64,000 bases of DNA from Clostridiaceae bacterium (GCA_900759715.1 CAAEXF010000039.1:4867-68866); one strand, 5' to 3'. Shown: positions 19,794 through 29,386, counted from the first letter of the stretch. Made by a program: numbers and translations. The notes: generated from the sequence alone by a model not told the origin.

Positions 19794-21209
19794 ATGAGAG
19801 AGTATTTAGCAGAGGAGTTTATTATAGACTCGGAGGTAAGAGAGTCTATAGAAGAGGGAAAGAAAAAGATCAATGACAAAGAGTATGTGATGAGTCTTAT
19901 TGAAAAGGCAAAAAGTTGTAAGGGACTTACACACAGGGAAGCGGCAGTATTATTAAATATTGAGGACAAAGAAATACTAGAGGAAATGTTTAGTGCTGCA
20001 AGAAAGATAAAAGAAACTATTTATGGTAATAGAATAGTGCTATTTGCGCCACTTTATGTAAGTGACTATTGTGTTAACGGATGTAAATATTGCGGATATA
20101 AGTGTTCAAATGAAGATTTCCCAAGAAGAAAATTAACTATGGATGAGATAAAAGAAGAAATAGAACATATTGAAGCTCTAGGTCACAAAAGAATTGTGCT
20201 TGAAGCAGGAGAAGATCCTAAAAATTGCTCTTTAGATTATATAATCGACTGTATTAAAACTATATATTCAATGAAATTTAAAAACGGAAGTATTAGACGT
20301 ATAAATATTAACATTGCAGCTACTACTGTAGAAGATTACAAAAGATTAAAAGATGCAGAAATAGGAACATATACACTTTTCCAAGAAACATACCATAAAC
20401 CAACTTATGAAAAATTGCATCCTACTGGACCAAAACATAATTATAATTGGCATACTACAGCTATGCATAGAGCAAGAGCTGCAGGTATTGACGACGTAGG
20501 AATAGGTGTACTTTATGGTTTATATGATCACCAATATGATACTGTGGCTATGCTTATGCATGCTGAACATCTTGAGGAAGCAACAGGGGTTGGTCCACAT
20601 ACTATATCTATGCCAAGATTAAGAGCTGCAGATGGAGTAGACATTAAAGAGTTTCCATATTTAATTACAGATGAACAGTTTATAAAAATAGTGGCAGTTT
20701 TAAGACTTGCGGTTCCATATACTGGAATGATTCTTTCAACTAGAGAAGAATCAAACTTTAGAGATAAGGTTATATCAGTTGGAATATCACAGATAAGTGC
20801 TGGTTCATGTGTAGGGGTTGGAAGCTATTCAGAGAAGAATGCACTTAAGCATTCTGATGAAAAACCTCAATTTGAAGTAGCTGATCATCGTACGCCATCT
20901 GAAATTCTTAAAAATCTTTGTAAATCCGGCTATATTCCAAGTTATTGTACTGCATGCTATAGAGCTGGAAGAACTGGCGATAGATTTATGGAGTTTGCAA
21001 AGAGTGGCACAATACACAATTTCTGTTTACCTAATGCAATATTAACATTTAAAGAATATTTAATAGATTATGCGGATGAGGAATTACGTGCTGTTGGAGT
21101 AGAAACTATAGAAAAGAATTTATTAGATATTCCAGATGAAAGGGTTCGCAGGGAAACAATAGAAAAGCTTGCAAGGATAGAAAAAGGTGAAAGAGATCTA
21201 AGATTCTAA
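19794..21209 (+). CDS. hydG: [FeFe]-hydrogenase maturase HydG-type radical SAM protein
   Basis: YCVNGCKYC radical SAM motif; FQETYH; GPHTIS.PR; C-terminal CTACYR-x19-NFC auxiliary-cluster region; GERDLRF end; 471 aa. Confidence 0.9.
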   Translation: MREYLAEEFIIDSEVRESIEEGKKKINDKEYVMSLIEKAKSCKGLTHREAAVLLNIEDKEILEEMFSAARKIKETIYGNRIVLFAPLYVSDYCVNGCKYCGYKCSNEDFPRRKLTMDEIKEEIEHIEALGHKRIVLEAGEDPKNCSLDYIIDCIKTIYSMKFKNGSIRRININIAATTVEDYKRLKDAEIGTYTLFQETYHKPTYEKLHPTGPKHNYNWHTTAMHRARAAGIDDVGIGVLYGLYDHQYDTVAMLMHAEHLEEATGVGPHTISMPRLRAADGVDIKEFPYLITDEQFIKIVAVLRLAVPYTGMILSTREESNFRDKVISVGISQISAGSCVGVGSYSEKNALKHSDEKPQFEVADHRTPSEILKNLCKSGYIPSYCTACYRAGRTGDRFMEFAKSGTIHNFCLPNAILTFKEYLIDYADEELRAVGVETIEKNLLDIPDERVRRETIEKLARIEKGERDLRF

Positions 21210-21227
21210 ACTGTAATATCAATATAG

Positions 21228-21297
21228 GAAGCTGTCTCAAAGTAGAAAAATAGTACAATATATTGTAGCTAAAATTCATTTTGAGACAGCTTCTTTT
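21228..21297 (+). repeat. Palindromic hairpin element (terminator or mRNA stabiliser) between hydG and the SBP gene
   Basis: GAAGCTGTCTCAAA...TTTGAGACAGCTTC with inner TACAATA/TATTGTA stem. Confidence 0.65.
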
Positions 21298-21317
21298 AAA
21301 TTAGGGGGATAATGTAG

Positions 21318-22313
21318 ATGAAAATTCTAAATAAGGCAGGTATTATATTTAGCTGCATGCTACTAATTATTGCATCATTAACAGGGTGTGCTTCAACTCA
21401 GGGTTCAAAGGATGATAAGAATAAAGAACAATCAGTAGAGAAGGTTAAAAATATAAATATTTCTTATGTAAAGGCTCCTTTGAATGTACCATCTATAATT
21501 GAAAAGAAGAAGAGCTTATTTGAAAATGAGTTTTCAAAGGACGACATAAAAGTAACTTTCCCTGAAATTACAGAGGGATCAAAAATGACAGAAGCAGTAG
21601 CAGCAGGATCTTTGGACTTTTGTAATGCAATAGGAGCAACCTCTGTCATTATGGCTGCTGCTAATGGAGTAAATATTAAAATAATAGGTATGTACAGCAG
21701 AGCACCAAAGGCATTTACAATAATGACTAAGAGCCCTTCAATAAAAACAGTATCGGATTTAAAAGGGAAAAAGATAGCAGGACCTAAAGGAACTATACTG
21801 CACCAACTTCTTCTTGGAGCATTACAGAAGGAAAATATGAAAATTGAAGACGTGCAGTTTGTAAATATGGGAATACCTCAAGGTGTTTCTGCTTTAATGT
21901 CTGGCAGTGTTGATGTGGCTCTTGTGGCGGGTCCAGCTGTTCCACAGGCTCTAGAAAAAGGAGCTAGAATAGTTACTACCGGTGAAGGGATATTAGATGC
22001 CAGTATAGTAATAGCTGCAAGAGGTGATTTTTTAGATAAACACTTAGATATAGCTAAAAGATATATGAATGTTCATGAAAAGAGCTTGGATTTTATGAAA
22101 AATAACCCAGAAGAAACATATAAATTAGCTTCAGAGGAAACTAATATATCAATAGATAAGGTTAAGGAAATGTATAACTGGTATGATTTTAATCCGCAAA
22201 TTACAGATAAGGACATACAAGAATTGGAGAAAACTCAAGATTTTCTAAAGGAAAATGGAATGCTAAAAAATACTGTGGGTATAAAAGCATTAATAAAGGA
22301 CGTAACGAAATAG
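21318..22313 (+). CDS. ABC substrate-binding lipoprotein (SsuA/NMT1-like)
   Basis: Lipobox LTGC; EAVAAGSLDF, DLKGKKIA.PKGT..H and GSVDVA motifs. Confidence 0.9.
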   Translation: MKILNKAGIIFSCMLLIIASLTGCASTQGSKDDKNKEQSVEKVKNINISYVKAPLNVPSIIEKKKSLFENEFSKDDIKVTFPEITEGSKMTEAVAAGSLDFCNAIGATSVIMAAANGVNIKIIGMYSRAPKAFTIMTKSPSIKTVSDLKGKKIAGPKGTILHQLLLGALQKENMKIEDVQFVNMGIPQGVSALMSGSVDVALVAGPAVPQALEKGARIVTTGEGILDASIVIAARGDFLDKHLDIAKRYMNVHEKSLDFMKNNPEETYKLASEETNISIDKVKEMYNWYDFNPQITDKDIQELEKTQDFLKENGMLKNTVGIKALIKDVTK

Positions 22314-22318
22314 GATAA

Positions 22319-22357
22319 AATAGTGATAGGTGAAGTTTTACCTGTCACTATTTTTTT
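22319..22357 (+). terminator. Intrinsic terminator
   Basis: AATAGTGATAGGTGAA..TTTACCTGTCACTATT followed by a T run. Confidence 0.8.
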
Positions 22358-22466
22358 ATTGATGAAATAAGTCTTAGTTTTAATAACATAATTTGTAATA
22401 AAATGATATAATGTAGATAGATAACATTTTCACAAATAGCATAATTTAATATCGAGGAGGAAGATC

Positions 22467-23072
22467 ATGTTTCTGATGATTGACAACTATGATTCATTTG
22501 TGTACAACTTGGTAAGATATTTAGAAGAACTAAAAGAAGACGTTAAAATCTGTAGAAACGATAAGTTAACTATAGAAGATATAGAGAGAATGCAGCCAGA
22601 AGGAATTATAATTTCACCAGGACCTAAATCACCTGAACAATCCGGTATTTGTGTAGACGTAATTAAAAAATTTAGTGGCAAAATTCCCATTCTAGGAATA
22701 TGTCTTGGACATCAAAGTATAGGATATGCCTTTAATGCAAATATAGTTAAAGGTGAGGAGCCTGTACATGGAAAGGTGTTTGAAGTTTATCATAAAAATA
22801 GTGGAGTATTTAAAAAAATTAAAAACCCAGTAAAAGTTACAAGATATCATTCCTTGATAATAGATAGAAAGACCATACCGGAATGCCTTGAAGTAACTTG
22901 CGAAACTTCTGATGGAGTGGTAATGGGAATTAGACATAAGGAATACCTTGTTGAAGGTGTGCAGTTTCATCCTGAAGCAGAACTTACAGAGTGCGGACAC
23001 CAGATGCTTAAAAGCTTTTTAGAAGAAGCAAGAGAATTTAATAAGTTTAGGTATCTTCAAAAAAATAAATAG
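22467..23072 (+). CDS. pabA: Aminodeoxychorismate synthase glutamine amidotransferase
   Basis: IDNYDSF, SPGP, GICLGHQ and QFHPE motifs; lies in the pab-folP cluster. Confidence 0.93.
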   Translation: MFLMIDNYDSFVYNLVRYLEELKEDVKICRNDKLTIEDIERMQPEGIIISPGPKSPEQSGICVDVIKKFSGKIPILGICLGHQSIGYAFNANIVKGEEPVHGKVFEVYHKNSGVFKKIKNPVKVTRYHSLIIDRKTIPECLEVTCETSDGVVMGIRHKEYLVEGVQFHPEAELTECGHQMLKSFLEEAREFNKFRYLQKNK

Positions 23073-23137
23073 TTAGTATGCTAGTATGTTTTTGGAGGAT
23101 ATCTTAGATAAAAATAAATGAACTGGGGGATAGCTAT

Positions 23138-24487
23138 ATGCAGGTTTTAGTTGAAGAAATAAAAACAGAGCTGGATGCTTTTGATATATATTCATTATTT
23201 AAAGAGGATAAAACAGCTGCAATTTTAGACAGTGCTATGTCATATGAAAATTTAGGAAGATACTCCTTTGTAGGGTTAAATCCTTTCACTACATTTAAAT
23301 ATGAAGAAAAAACATGCACTATAAATGGAGAAAAGGTTAGTGGAGAACCTTTTGAAGAACTTAAAAAGCTTATTAATACATATAAAGTAGAAAATAATAC
23401 GAAACTCCCATATATAGCAGGAGCTATTGGATACTTTTCATATGATTTAGGAAGAACTATAGAGGAGCTTCCTATTATGGCTTTAGAAGAGGTAAAAATA
23501 CCTGATTGCTATTTTTATTTCTATGATAATGCTATTGTAGTTGACAATCTAGAAAAGAAAACCTATATTACTGGTTTAGGGATATTAAAGTCAAGTGAAA
23601 ATAGTGTTGGAGAAATAAGGGGCAGAATATTAAAAGGGAATAGGGTTAAATATGATGAATTAAATAAAAGCTATACAGAATTTACATCAAACTTTGGCAA
23701 AGACGAGTACATAGATACTGTAGAAAAGGTTAGGCAGTATATAAGAACTGGAGATATATACATCACTAATTTAACTCAAAGATTTTGTTGTGATACAACA
23801 AAAGATCCTTATGAGGTTTATAAAAATTTAAGACACATAAATCCAGCACCTTTTGCAGGATTTATGAATATTGAGGACTTCAGCATTGTATCATCTTCAC
23901 CAGAGAGATTCTTAGAGATAAAAAATAATATTGTTGAGACAAGACCTATTAAGGGTACAAGGCCCAGAGGAAGAAATTGTGAAGAAGATTTGAAAAATAA
24001 GCTGGAGCTTATAAATAGTGAAAAGGATAAATCAGAGTTATTGATGATTGTAGACTTAGAGAGAAATGATTTGAGTAAAGTTTGTAAGCCTTTTTCCGTG
24101 AAAGTTACGGAATTATTTAAATTAGAAGAATACAGTACAGTATTTCATCTAGTGTCAACTGTAGTAGGAGAACTTAGAGATGAATATACTGCAGTAGATT
24201 GTCTAAAAGCTTGTTTTCCAGGAGGGTCTATAACTGGAGCACCTAAAGTTAGAGCTATGGAGGTTATAGAAGAATTAGAGCCTACAAGAAGAAACATATA
24301 TACAGGATGTATAGGATATTTCGGATTTGACGGAAATGCTGACTTCAACATAATTATAAGAACCATACTTATGAAAGACAAAAAAGCTTATCTTGGAGTT
24401 GGCGGAGGAATTACATGGGAGTCTCTAAAAGAAGCGGAATATCAAGAAACCCTAGATAAAGCTAAAGCTTTAATGAGAGTGCTATAG
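23138..24487 (+). CDS. pabB: Aminodeoxychorismate synthase component I
   Basis: SSSPERF, TRPIKGT, MIVDLERNDL and FPGGSITGAPK motifs. Confidence 0.95.
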   Translation: MQVLVEEIKTELDAFDIYSLFKEDKTAAILDSAMSYENLGRYSFVGLNPFTTFKYEEKTCTINGEKVSGEPFEELKKLINTYKVENNTKLPYIAGAIGYFSYDLGRTIEELPIMALEEVKIPDCYFYFYDNAIVVDNLEKKTYITGLGILKSSENSVGEIRGRILKGNRVKYDELNKSYTEFTSNFGKDEYIDTVEKVRQYIRTGDIYITNLTQRFCCDTTKDPYEVYKNLRHINPAPFAGFMNIEDFSIVSSSPERFLEIKNNIVETRPIKGTRPRGRNCEEDLKNKLELINSEKDKSELLMIVDLERNDLSKVCKPFSVKVTELFKLEEYSTVFHLVSTVVGELRDEYTAVDCLKACFPGGSITGAPKVRAMEVIEELEPTRRNIYTGCIGYFGFDGNADFNIIIRTILMKDKKAYLGVGGGITWESLKEAEYQETLDKAKALMRVL

Positions 24488-24503
24488 ATGCAATTCGTAA
24501 AAT

Positions 24504-24739
24504 AAAAAAATTACGACGTAATTTTTTTAGAGGACAATTGACAGAGGACAGAGGACAGTGAAGGAGAGTTTTCTTCCTTACGTCAGAAAACTATTATATT
24601 TTTAAGCTCGTTTCGCTAAGGCGAAACATCGATTCATAGTATAAATTAAAGATTTTTCGCAGCGCAAGGTCGAGAAATCCTCCTTCATTGTCCTCTGTCA
24701 ATTGTCCTCTGTCCTCTAAATTTTGCGTCGCAAAATTCT
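24504..24739. mobile_element. MITE-like palindromic element with heptamer-repeat arms
   Basis: Arms built from AGAGGAC/AATTGAC units (24529-24566 versus 24680-24717), internal hairpins, and small flanking palindromes. Confidence 0.65.
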
Positions 24740-24759
24740 TAAAAGGTGTGATAATACTT

Positions 24760-25518
24760 ATGATAGTTTTAAATGGAGAACTGATAGACGGACAAAAAGT
24801 TTTCTTAGATCAAGGTTTTTATTTTGGAAGAGGACTTTTTGAAACTATATTAGTTAAGAATAAGCCAGTGTTTCTTAAAGAGCATTTGAATAGAATAAAT
24901 AATGACCTTAAAGTTATAGGGATTAATAGATACATAGAAGAAGATGATGTAATAGATGCGATAGATAAATTAAAATCTACAGATCGTATTTTAAAATTAG
25001 TGGCCACAGAGAAAAATGTTATTTTCACTGATAGAAAAAACAGTTATTCAAAAGAACAATATGAAAAGGGCTTTAGTGTAAAAATAAGTTCTATAAGAAG
25101 AAATAAGTATTCAACAATGACTTATTTAAAGTCACTAAATTATCTTGAAAATATTTTGGAACACGATAAATGCATTGATGAAGGTTATAATGAAGTATTA
25201 TTTTTAAATACGGAAGATAATTTGGCAGAGGGTAGTATTTCAAATGTATATTTTATTAAAAACGACAAAATATATACGCCATCTATTGATTGTGGGTTGC
25301 TTAATGGGACAGTAAGAAAATTCATTATAAACAATTTTGAAGTAGTAGAAGGAAAATTTCAAAAAGAAGATTTAATAACTTCTGATGGTATTTTTTTAAC
25401 TAATAGCGTTATGGGGATTATGAAGGTATCAACTCTGTGTAATAAGGAGTTTCAAGATAATATTATTATAGAAAATTTAAGACAATATTATGAAAATTAT
25501 ATAAAAGAAAAATATTAA
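24760..25518 (+). CDS. pabC: 4-amino-4-deoxychorismate lyase (aminotransferase class IV)
   Basis: G.GLFET, YLKSLNYLEN, EGSISN and LLNGTVR motifs; start moved to ATG 24760 (RBS AAAGGTG). Confidence 0.88.
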   Translation: MIVLNGELIDGQKVFLDQGFYFGRGLFETILVKNKPVFLKEHLNRINNDLKVIGINRYIEEDDVIDAIDKLKSTDRILKLVATEKNVIFTDRKNSYSKEQYEKGFSVKISSIRRNKYSTMTYLKSLNYLENILEHDKCIDEGYNEVLFLNTEDNLAEGSISNVYFIKNDKIYTPSIDCGLLNGTVRKFIINNFEVVEGKFQKEDLITSDGIFLTNSVMGIMKVSTLCNKEFQDNIIIENLRQYYENYIKEKY

Positions 25519-25529
25519 CAAGGAGGGAA

Positions 25530-25623
25530 TCTGGAATATTAGTTGAGGATTATAGGGTCACTTGTCGGTAAGTCAACTTATACCTAATTTGTTTCCCTAT
25601 ATATAAAGCCACAGCTAGCCAGA
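25530..25623. mobile_element. 94-bp hairpin element between the folP SD and its start codon
   Basis: Nested pairings TCTGG/CCAGA, TAGTTG/CAGCTA and TATAGGG/CCCTATA. Confidence 0.55.
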
Positions 25624-25629
25624 AATACT

Positions 25630-26451
25630 ATGACAAAAATAATGAGAATAGGAAAAAAAGACTTTGAACTTGGTAAAAGAACGTACATAATGGGTATACT
25701 TAATGTTACCCCAGATTCATTTTCTGATGGTGGAAGATTTAATGATATAGAAATAGCAATAAATCACGCTAAGGAAATGGTAGCCGAAGGTGCAGATATA
25801 ATAGATATAGGAGGAGAGTCCACAAGACCTAATCATGATCCTGTATCAGAAGAAGAGGAATTAGAAAGAGTCATTCCTGTAATTAGAGCATTGTCTAAGG
25901 GAATAGATGTACCAATATCAATTGATACCTATAAAGGTAAAGTTGCAGAGATGGCAGTAAAAGAAGGAGCGGCACTAATAAATGATGTTTGGGGATTTAA
26001 GAAAGATCCATATATTGCAGAAGTAGCTGCGAAGTACAATGTGCCATGCTGCTTAATGCATAATAGAGACAATAGGAATTATATCAACCTTATGGAAGAT
26101 GTTTTAAAGGATTTGGAGGAAAGTGTAAACATAGCGTTAAAGGCTGGAGTAAAGCCAGAAAATATAATATTAGATCCAGGTATAGGCTTTGCAAAGGATT
26201 ATGAAGAAAATTTAATTGTAATGGATAATTTAGAAGAATTAAATAAATTGGGATATCCAGTGCTTTTGGCAACTTCCAGAAAATCGATGATTGGAAATGC
26301 TTTAAACTTACCATCGGACGAAAGAGTTGAAGGTACGGTTGCCACTACTGTTATAGGAATTATGAAGGGATATGATTTTGTTAGGGTACACGATATAAAA
26401 GCAAATAAGAGAGCTGCAGTTATGACTGATGCTATAGTTAGAAGAAAGTAG
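25630..26451 (+). CDS. folP: Dihydropteroate synthase
   Basis: MGILNVTPDSFSDGG, GGESTRP, DPGIGF, SRKS and RVHD motifs. Confidence 0.97.
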   Translation: MTKIMRIGKKDFELGKRTYIMGILNVTPDSFSDGGRFNDIEIAINHAKEMVAEGADIIDIGGESTRPNHDPVSEEEELERVIPVIRALSKGIDVPISIDTYKGKVAEMAVKEGAALINDVWGFKKDPYIAEVAAKYNVPCCLMHNRDNRNYINLMEDVLKDLEESVNIALKAGVKPENIILDPGIGFAKDYEENLIVMDNLEELNKLGYPVLLATSRKSMIGNALNLPSDERVEGTVATTVIGIMKGYDFVRVHDIKANKRAAVMTDAIVRRK

Positions 26452-26688
26452 TATTTAAACTAAGAAAAGGAGGGGACACCCTCCTTTTAAATTATAAAAT
26501 TTTAATACTGAAAATTAATTTATATACTTATAAATTAAAAGAATAAACAAGGCCTATTTTGAATATAAAATATTAATAACTATTTCCGTTATGAAAATTA
26601 GTACATAAATATCACAAATTAGCTGCATTATAAATAAATTAAATAATAATCTAAAATTATTTTATAATGGTAAAGGGGGTATTGATGT

Positions 26689-26961
26689 ATGGACATACTT
26701 CAAGAGATAAATGGGCAGGATCTTAGGAGAAAGGCTGTTGATGAATTAATTGAAGTTCAAAATAAAATAATAAATGACTGCTTAGATAGATATAATTTTT
26801 ATAAAGTTGAGCTTGAGAAAATAAATATACTGGAAAGTCTAGCAGGCAATATTATTGAAGGTGAAGAGAAAAGAAACAAATATACTTCGGAAATTGATGG
26901 TGCTCTAAAAGAGGCTAAACAAGCCATAAGTTTAAAAATGAAGCTTGAAAATCTTAAATAG
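26689..26961 (+). CDS. Hypothetical helical protein
   Basis: 90 aa; RBS AAAGGGGG. Confidence 0.65.
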   Translation: MDILQEINGQDLRRKAVDELIEVQNKIINDCLDRYNFYKVELEKINILESLAGNIIEGEEKRNKYTSEIDGALKEAKQAISLKMKLENLK

Positions 26962-26977
26962 GCAATGAAGCTTTTAT

Positions 26978-27085
26978 AAAAAACAAAACAACTCTTATTA
27001 GAGCTGTTTTGTATATGATATATTTAAATGGGGAGTCAAATAACTATAACAGTATTAAACTGTTATTTAAATTTTAACCAATTGA
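26978..27085 (-). ncRNA. Candidate small RNA
   Basis: Minus-strand TTACTT-N17-TATAAT promoter (27091-27120), C-rich CTCCCC core, terminator ACAAAACAGCTCT..AGAGTTGTTTTGT plus T run; no ORF. Confidence 0.4.
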
Positions 27086-27267
27086 TAAAATATTATACAT
27101 TATGCTATGTAATTAAGTAAAAAAGTCAGATAGAATAATACACTATCTGACTTTTTATTTTTAATTTTTCAATAAGTAGAGAGTTATACTCTTCAAAATT
27201 GTATGTTATAAGCGAAATAGATAATATATAATTTTAAATAATATGGAATAGTAATGGGAGGTACGTA

Positions 27268-27597
27268 ATGACACGTGAACAGTTAGAAGAAATTTTAAAT
27301 TCCTTTATAGGCAAAAAAATTGTAATTAAAATGAATTCAGATTATTGCAGTTGTATAACTTGTATGCAGCTAAACTCCATTGAATTCTCAGAAGGAGTTA
27401 AAGAGAGTAGGGTTAGCAGCAGTTTCATTAAATACAGCAATGTAAGTATATCAGATGAAAAGGGAAGGTTTGTAATTGAATATGAAGATGTTGAAAATAT
27501 TAAATATAAGGATACTGATAGAGGTCAATTATATGAATTTCAATTAATATATAGAGATGGAACAAAGATTCAATTTTATTCCGAGGAAGTATTCTAA
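27268..27597 (+). CDS. Hypothetical protein
   Basis: 109 aa; RBS GGGAGGT; downstream hairpin 27607-27638. Confidence 0.7.
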   Translation: MTREQLEEILNSFIGKKIVIKMNSDYCSCITCMQLNSIEFSEGVKESRVSSSFIKYSNVSISDEKGRFVIEYEDVENIKYKDTDRGQLYEFQLIYRDGTKIQFYSEEVF

Positions 27598-27764
27598 AAA
27601 TATTAAGAGATAATTGAGATATAAACTCAATTATCTCTATACTTCATAACATGAATATACCTCCAGATAAGTAAACTACATTACTATAATATTCAGGAGG
27701 TTTAAAAAAATTATGAAGGATTATCAATAAATCCTTCATAAAAGTATGTTTTGAGATGATTTTT

Positions 27765-28349
27765 TTAATAATTTTCTACAAACACTTCAAAATATCCTTG
27801 TGGATGTGCACAAGCAGGACATGCTAATGGAGCGCCTTCACCCTCATGGATGTATCCACAGTTATTACATTTCCATAAAACAGTTTCATTTTTTGTAAAT
27901 GCCATATTATTATTTAAATTATCAAGTAACTTTCTATATCTCGCTTCGTGGTGCTTTTCTACTTCAGCTATTTTATTAAAAACCGCTGATACAGCTGGAA
28001 AACCTTCTTCTTCAGCAGTCTTTGCAAATTCAGGGTAAAGGTCTGTCCATTCTTCATTCTCACCCTTTGCCGCTGCAAGAAGATTTGTTTTAGTATCTCC
28101 TAGAGAAACAGGGAATGCTGCATTTATTTCTACTGTTTCTCCTTTTAAGTCTTCATTTAGAAATTTAAAAAATCTTTTTGCGTGCTCTTTTTCATTTTCA
28201 GCTGTTTCTATAAACAAATTAGAAATTTGTATATATCCTTCTTTTTTTGCAGCAGAAGCATAATAGGAGTATCTGTTTCTTGCTTGTGATTCTCCTGCAA
28301 ATGCCTTCATTAAGTTTTCAGCAGTTTTTGTACCTTTCAATGATTTCAT
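27765..28349 (-). CDS. rbr: Rubrerythrin
   Basis: [14 protein letters not shown] diiron motifs, C-terminal CNNC...CPAC rubredoxin domain. Confidence 0.96.
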   Translation of the reverse strand: MKSLKGTKTAENLMKAFAGESQARNRYSYYASAAKKEGYIQISNLFIETAENEKEHAKRFFKFLNEDLKGETVEINAAFPVSLGDTKTNLLAAAKGENEEWTDLYPEFAKTAEEEGFPAVSAVFNKIAEVEKHHEARYRKLLDNLNNNMAFTKNETVLWKCNNCGYIHEGEGAPLACPACAHPQGYFEVFVENY

Positions 28350-28591
28350 AAAAACTCCTCCTTAAAAGAATGTATATTTACTACATTCTACAAACATCTT
28401 ATTTATTCCTCTTGATTTTCAGAAAGTTAATAAAGTAGCTCATTGAAAAGTACATTATATACATCTTTTTCATAGTATTAATATGGAAGTAGGTGTTTAA
28501 TATTTTACAAAAAATAGTGAAAAAATTATAACTGCAGCTTAAACTGCAGTTATGTTCAGTTAATCTAGTACATACTAGATAGAGTTTTTTA

Positions 28592-29032
28592 TTAACGATG
28601 GTGATAGTGATAGTAGTTATATGGATAATATGGATAATAAGGATAATGATGATGATATTGTCTGAAATCCTCATCATCGTTATCATCCTCATCATCTCTA
28701 TATTTCATATGATCCATACATTTACATTTTTCTTTATGATCCATGCTATATGGCATTGTTTCAGTAGGCATCATTTGAGCAGGGGAAACCTGTGATGGCA
28801 TCATATGATGAGGCATCATATGATGAGGCATCATTTGAGCAGGGGAAACTTGTGATGGCATCATCTGCTGACCATACATCATTGGACAACAGCACATCAT
28901 AGGACAACACATTCCGAATTGATGATGTTTATGATGGCTATGGTGGTGATGATGACGACGAGTTTCATCAAGATTTGGACTAATTATTTCATCAAGATTT
29001 TGATTAGAATTTAAATTTTCGTCTTTGTACAT
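28592..29032 (-). CDS. His/Met/Cys/Tyr-rich low-complexity protein, probable spore coat/exosporium component
   Basis: Poly-His, CCPMMCCC, (MMPSQVSPAQ)x2, MMPHH and YPY repeats; RBS GGAGGT; SigK-like promoter. Confidence 0.7.
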   Translation of the reverse strand: MYKDENLNSNQNLDEIISPNLDETRRHHHHHSHHKHHQFGMCCPMMCCCPMMYGQQMMPSQVSPAQMMPHHMMPHHMMPSQVSPAQMMPTETMPYSMDHKEKCKCMDHMKYRDDEDDNDDEDFRQYHHHYPYYPYYPYNYYHYHHR

Positions 29033-29066
29033 TAATGTACCTCCATAAAATTCTTACACACAGTAT

Positions 29067-29094
29067 TATATTATGTATAGAGATGAAAAATGTT
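29067..29094 (-). promoter_or_regulatory. SigK-type promoter
   Basis: AC-N16-CATAATATA matches the SigK consensus. Confidence 0.6.
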
Positions 29095-29386
29095 ACGGGT
29101 TTATAAAAATTTTTTTGAGATAATCTATATAAAAATTTTGATAGCCTCTCTGAAAAAGTGTTTGTTAATTTCAGATGTTTATTTATTTTACAAAAGATTA
29201 ATAAAGTAAATAGTTATTTAACTTAGACGACACAAGAATGTAACAATTACCATTTATAATAGTAATTGTCCTAAGTTAATAAAGACTTAGAGGAAATAGC
29301 TGTCCCCTTATAATTAAATATATATTTCACAAAGGCACTAGTAGAAATACTTGTGCTTATTTTTTTCGAAGAAGAAGGAAGGCTAT

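Noticed and set aside
19794..21209. ThiH instead of HydG
   Set aside because: The length (471 aa) and C-terminal CTAC..C extension are HydG features, and no thiG/thiS/thiF genes are adjacent.
24688..24759. N-terminal extension of pabC in the ORF track
   Set aside because: It is read from the repeat arm; the RBS supports ATG 24760.
25530..25623. THF riboswitch before folP
   Set aside because: Conserved THF aptamer sequences (GAGTAG, GCGTTAAGTG, GGGATG) are absent.
28399..28695. 98-aa Ile-rich ORF (and antisense ORF 28598-28795)
   Set aside because: These are alternative-frame products of low-complexity codons in the His-rich gene, with no RBS.
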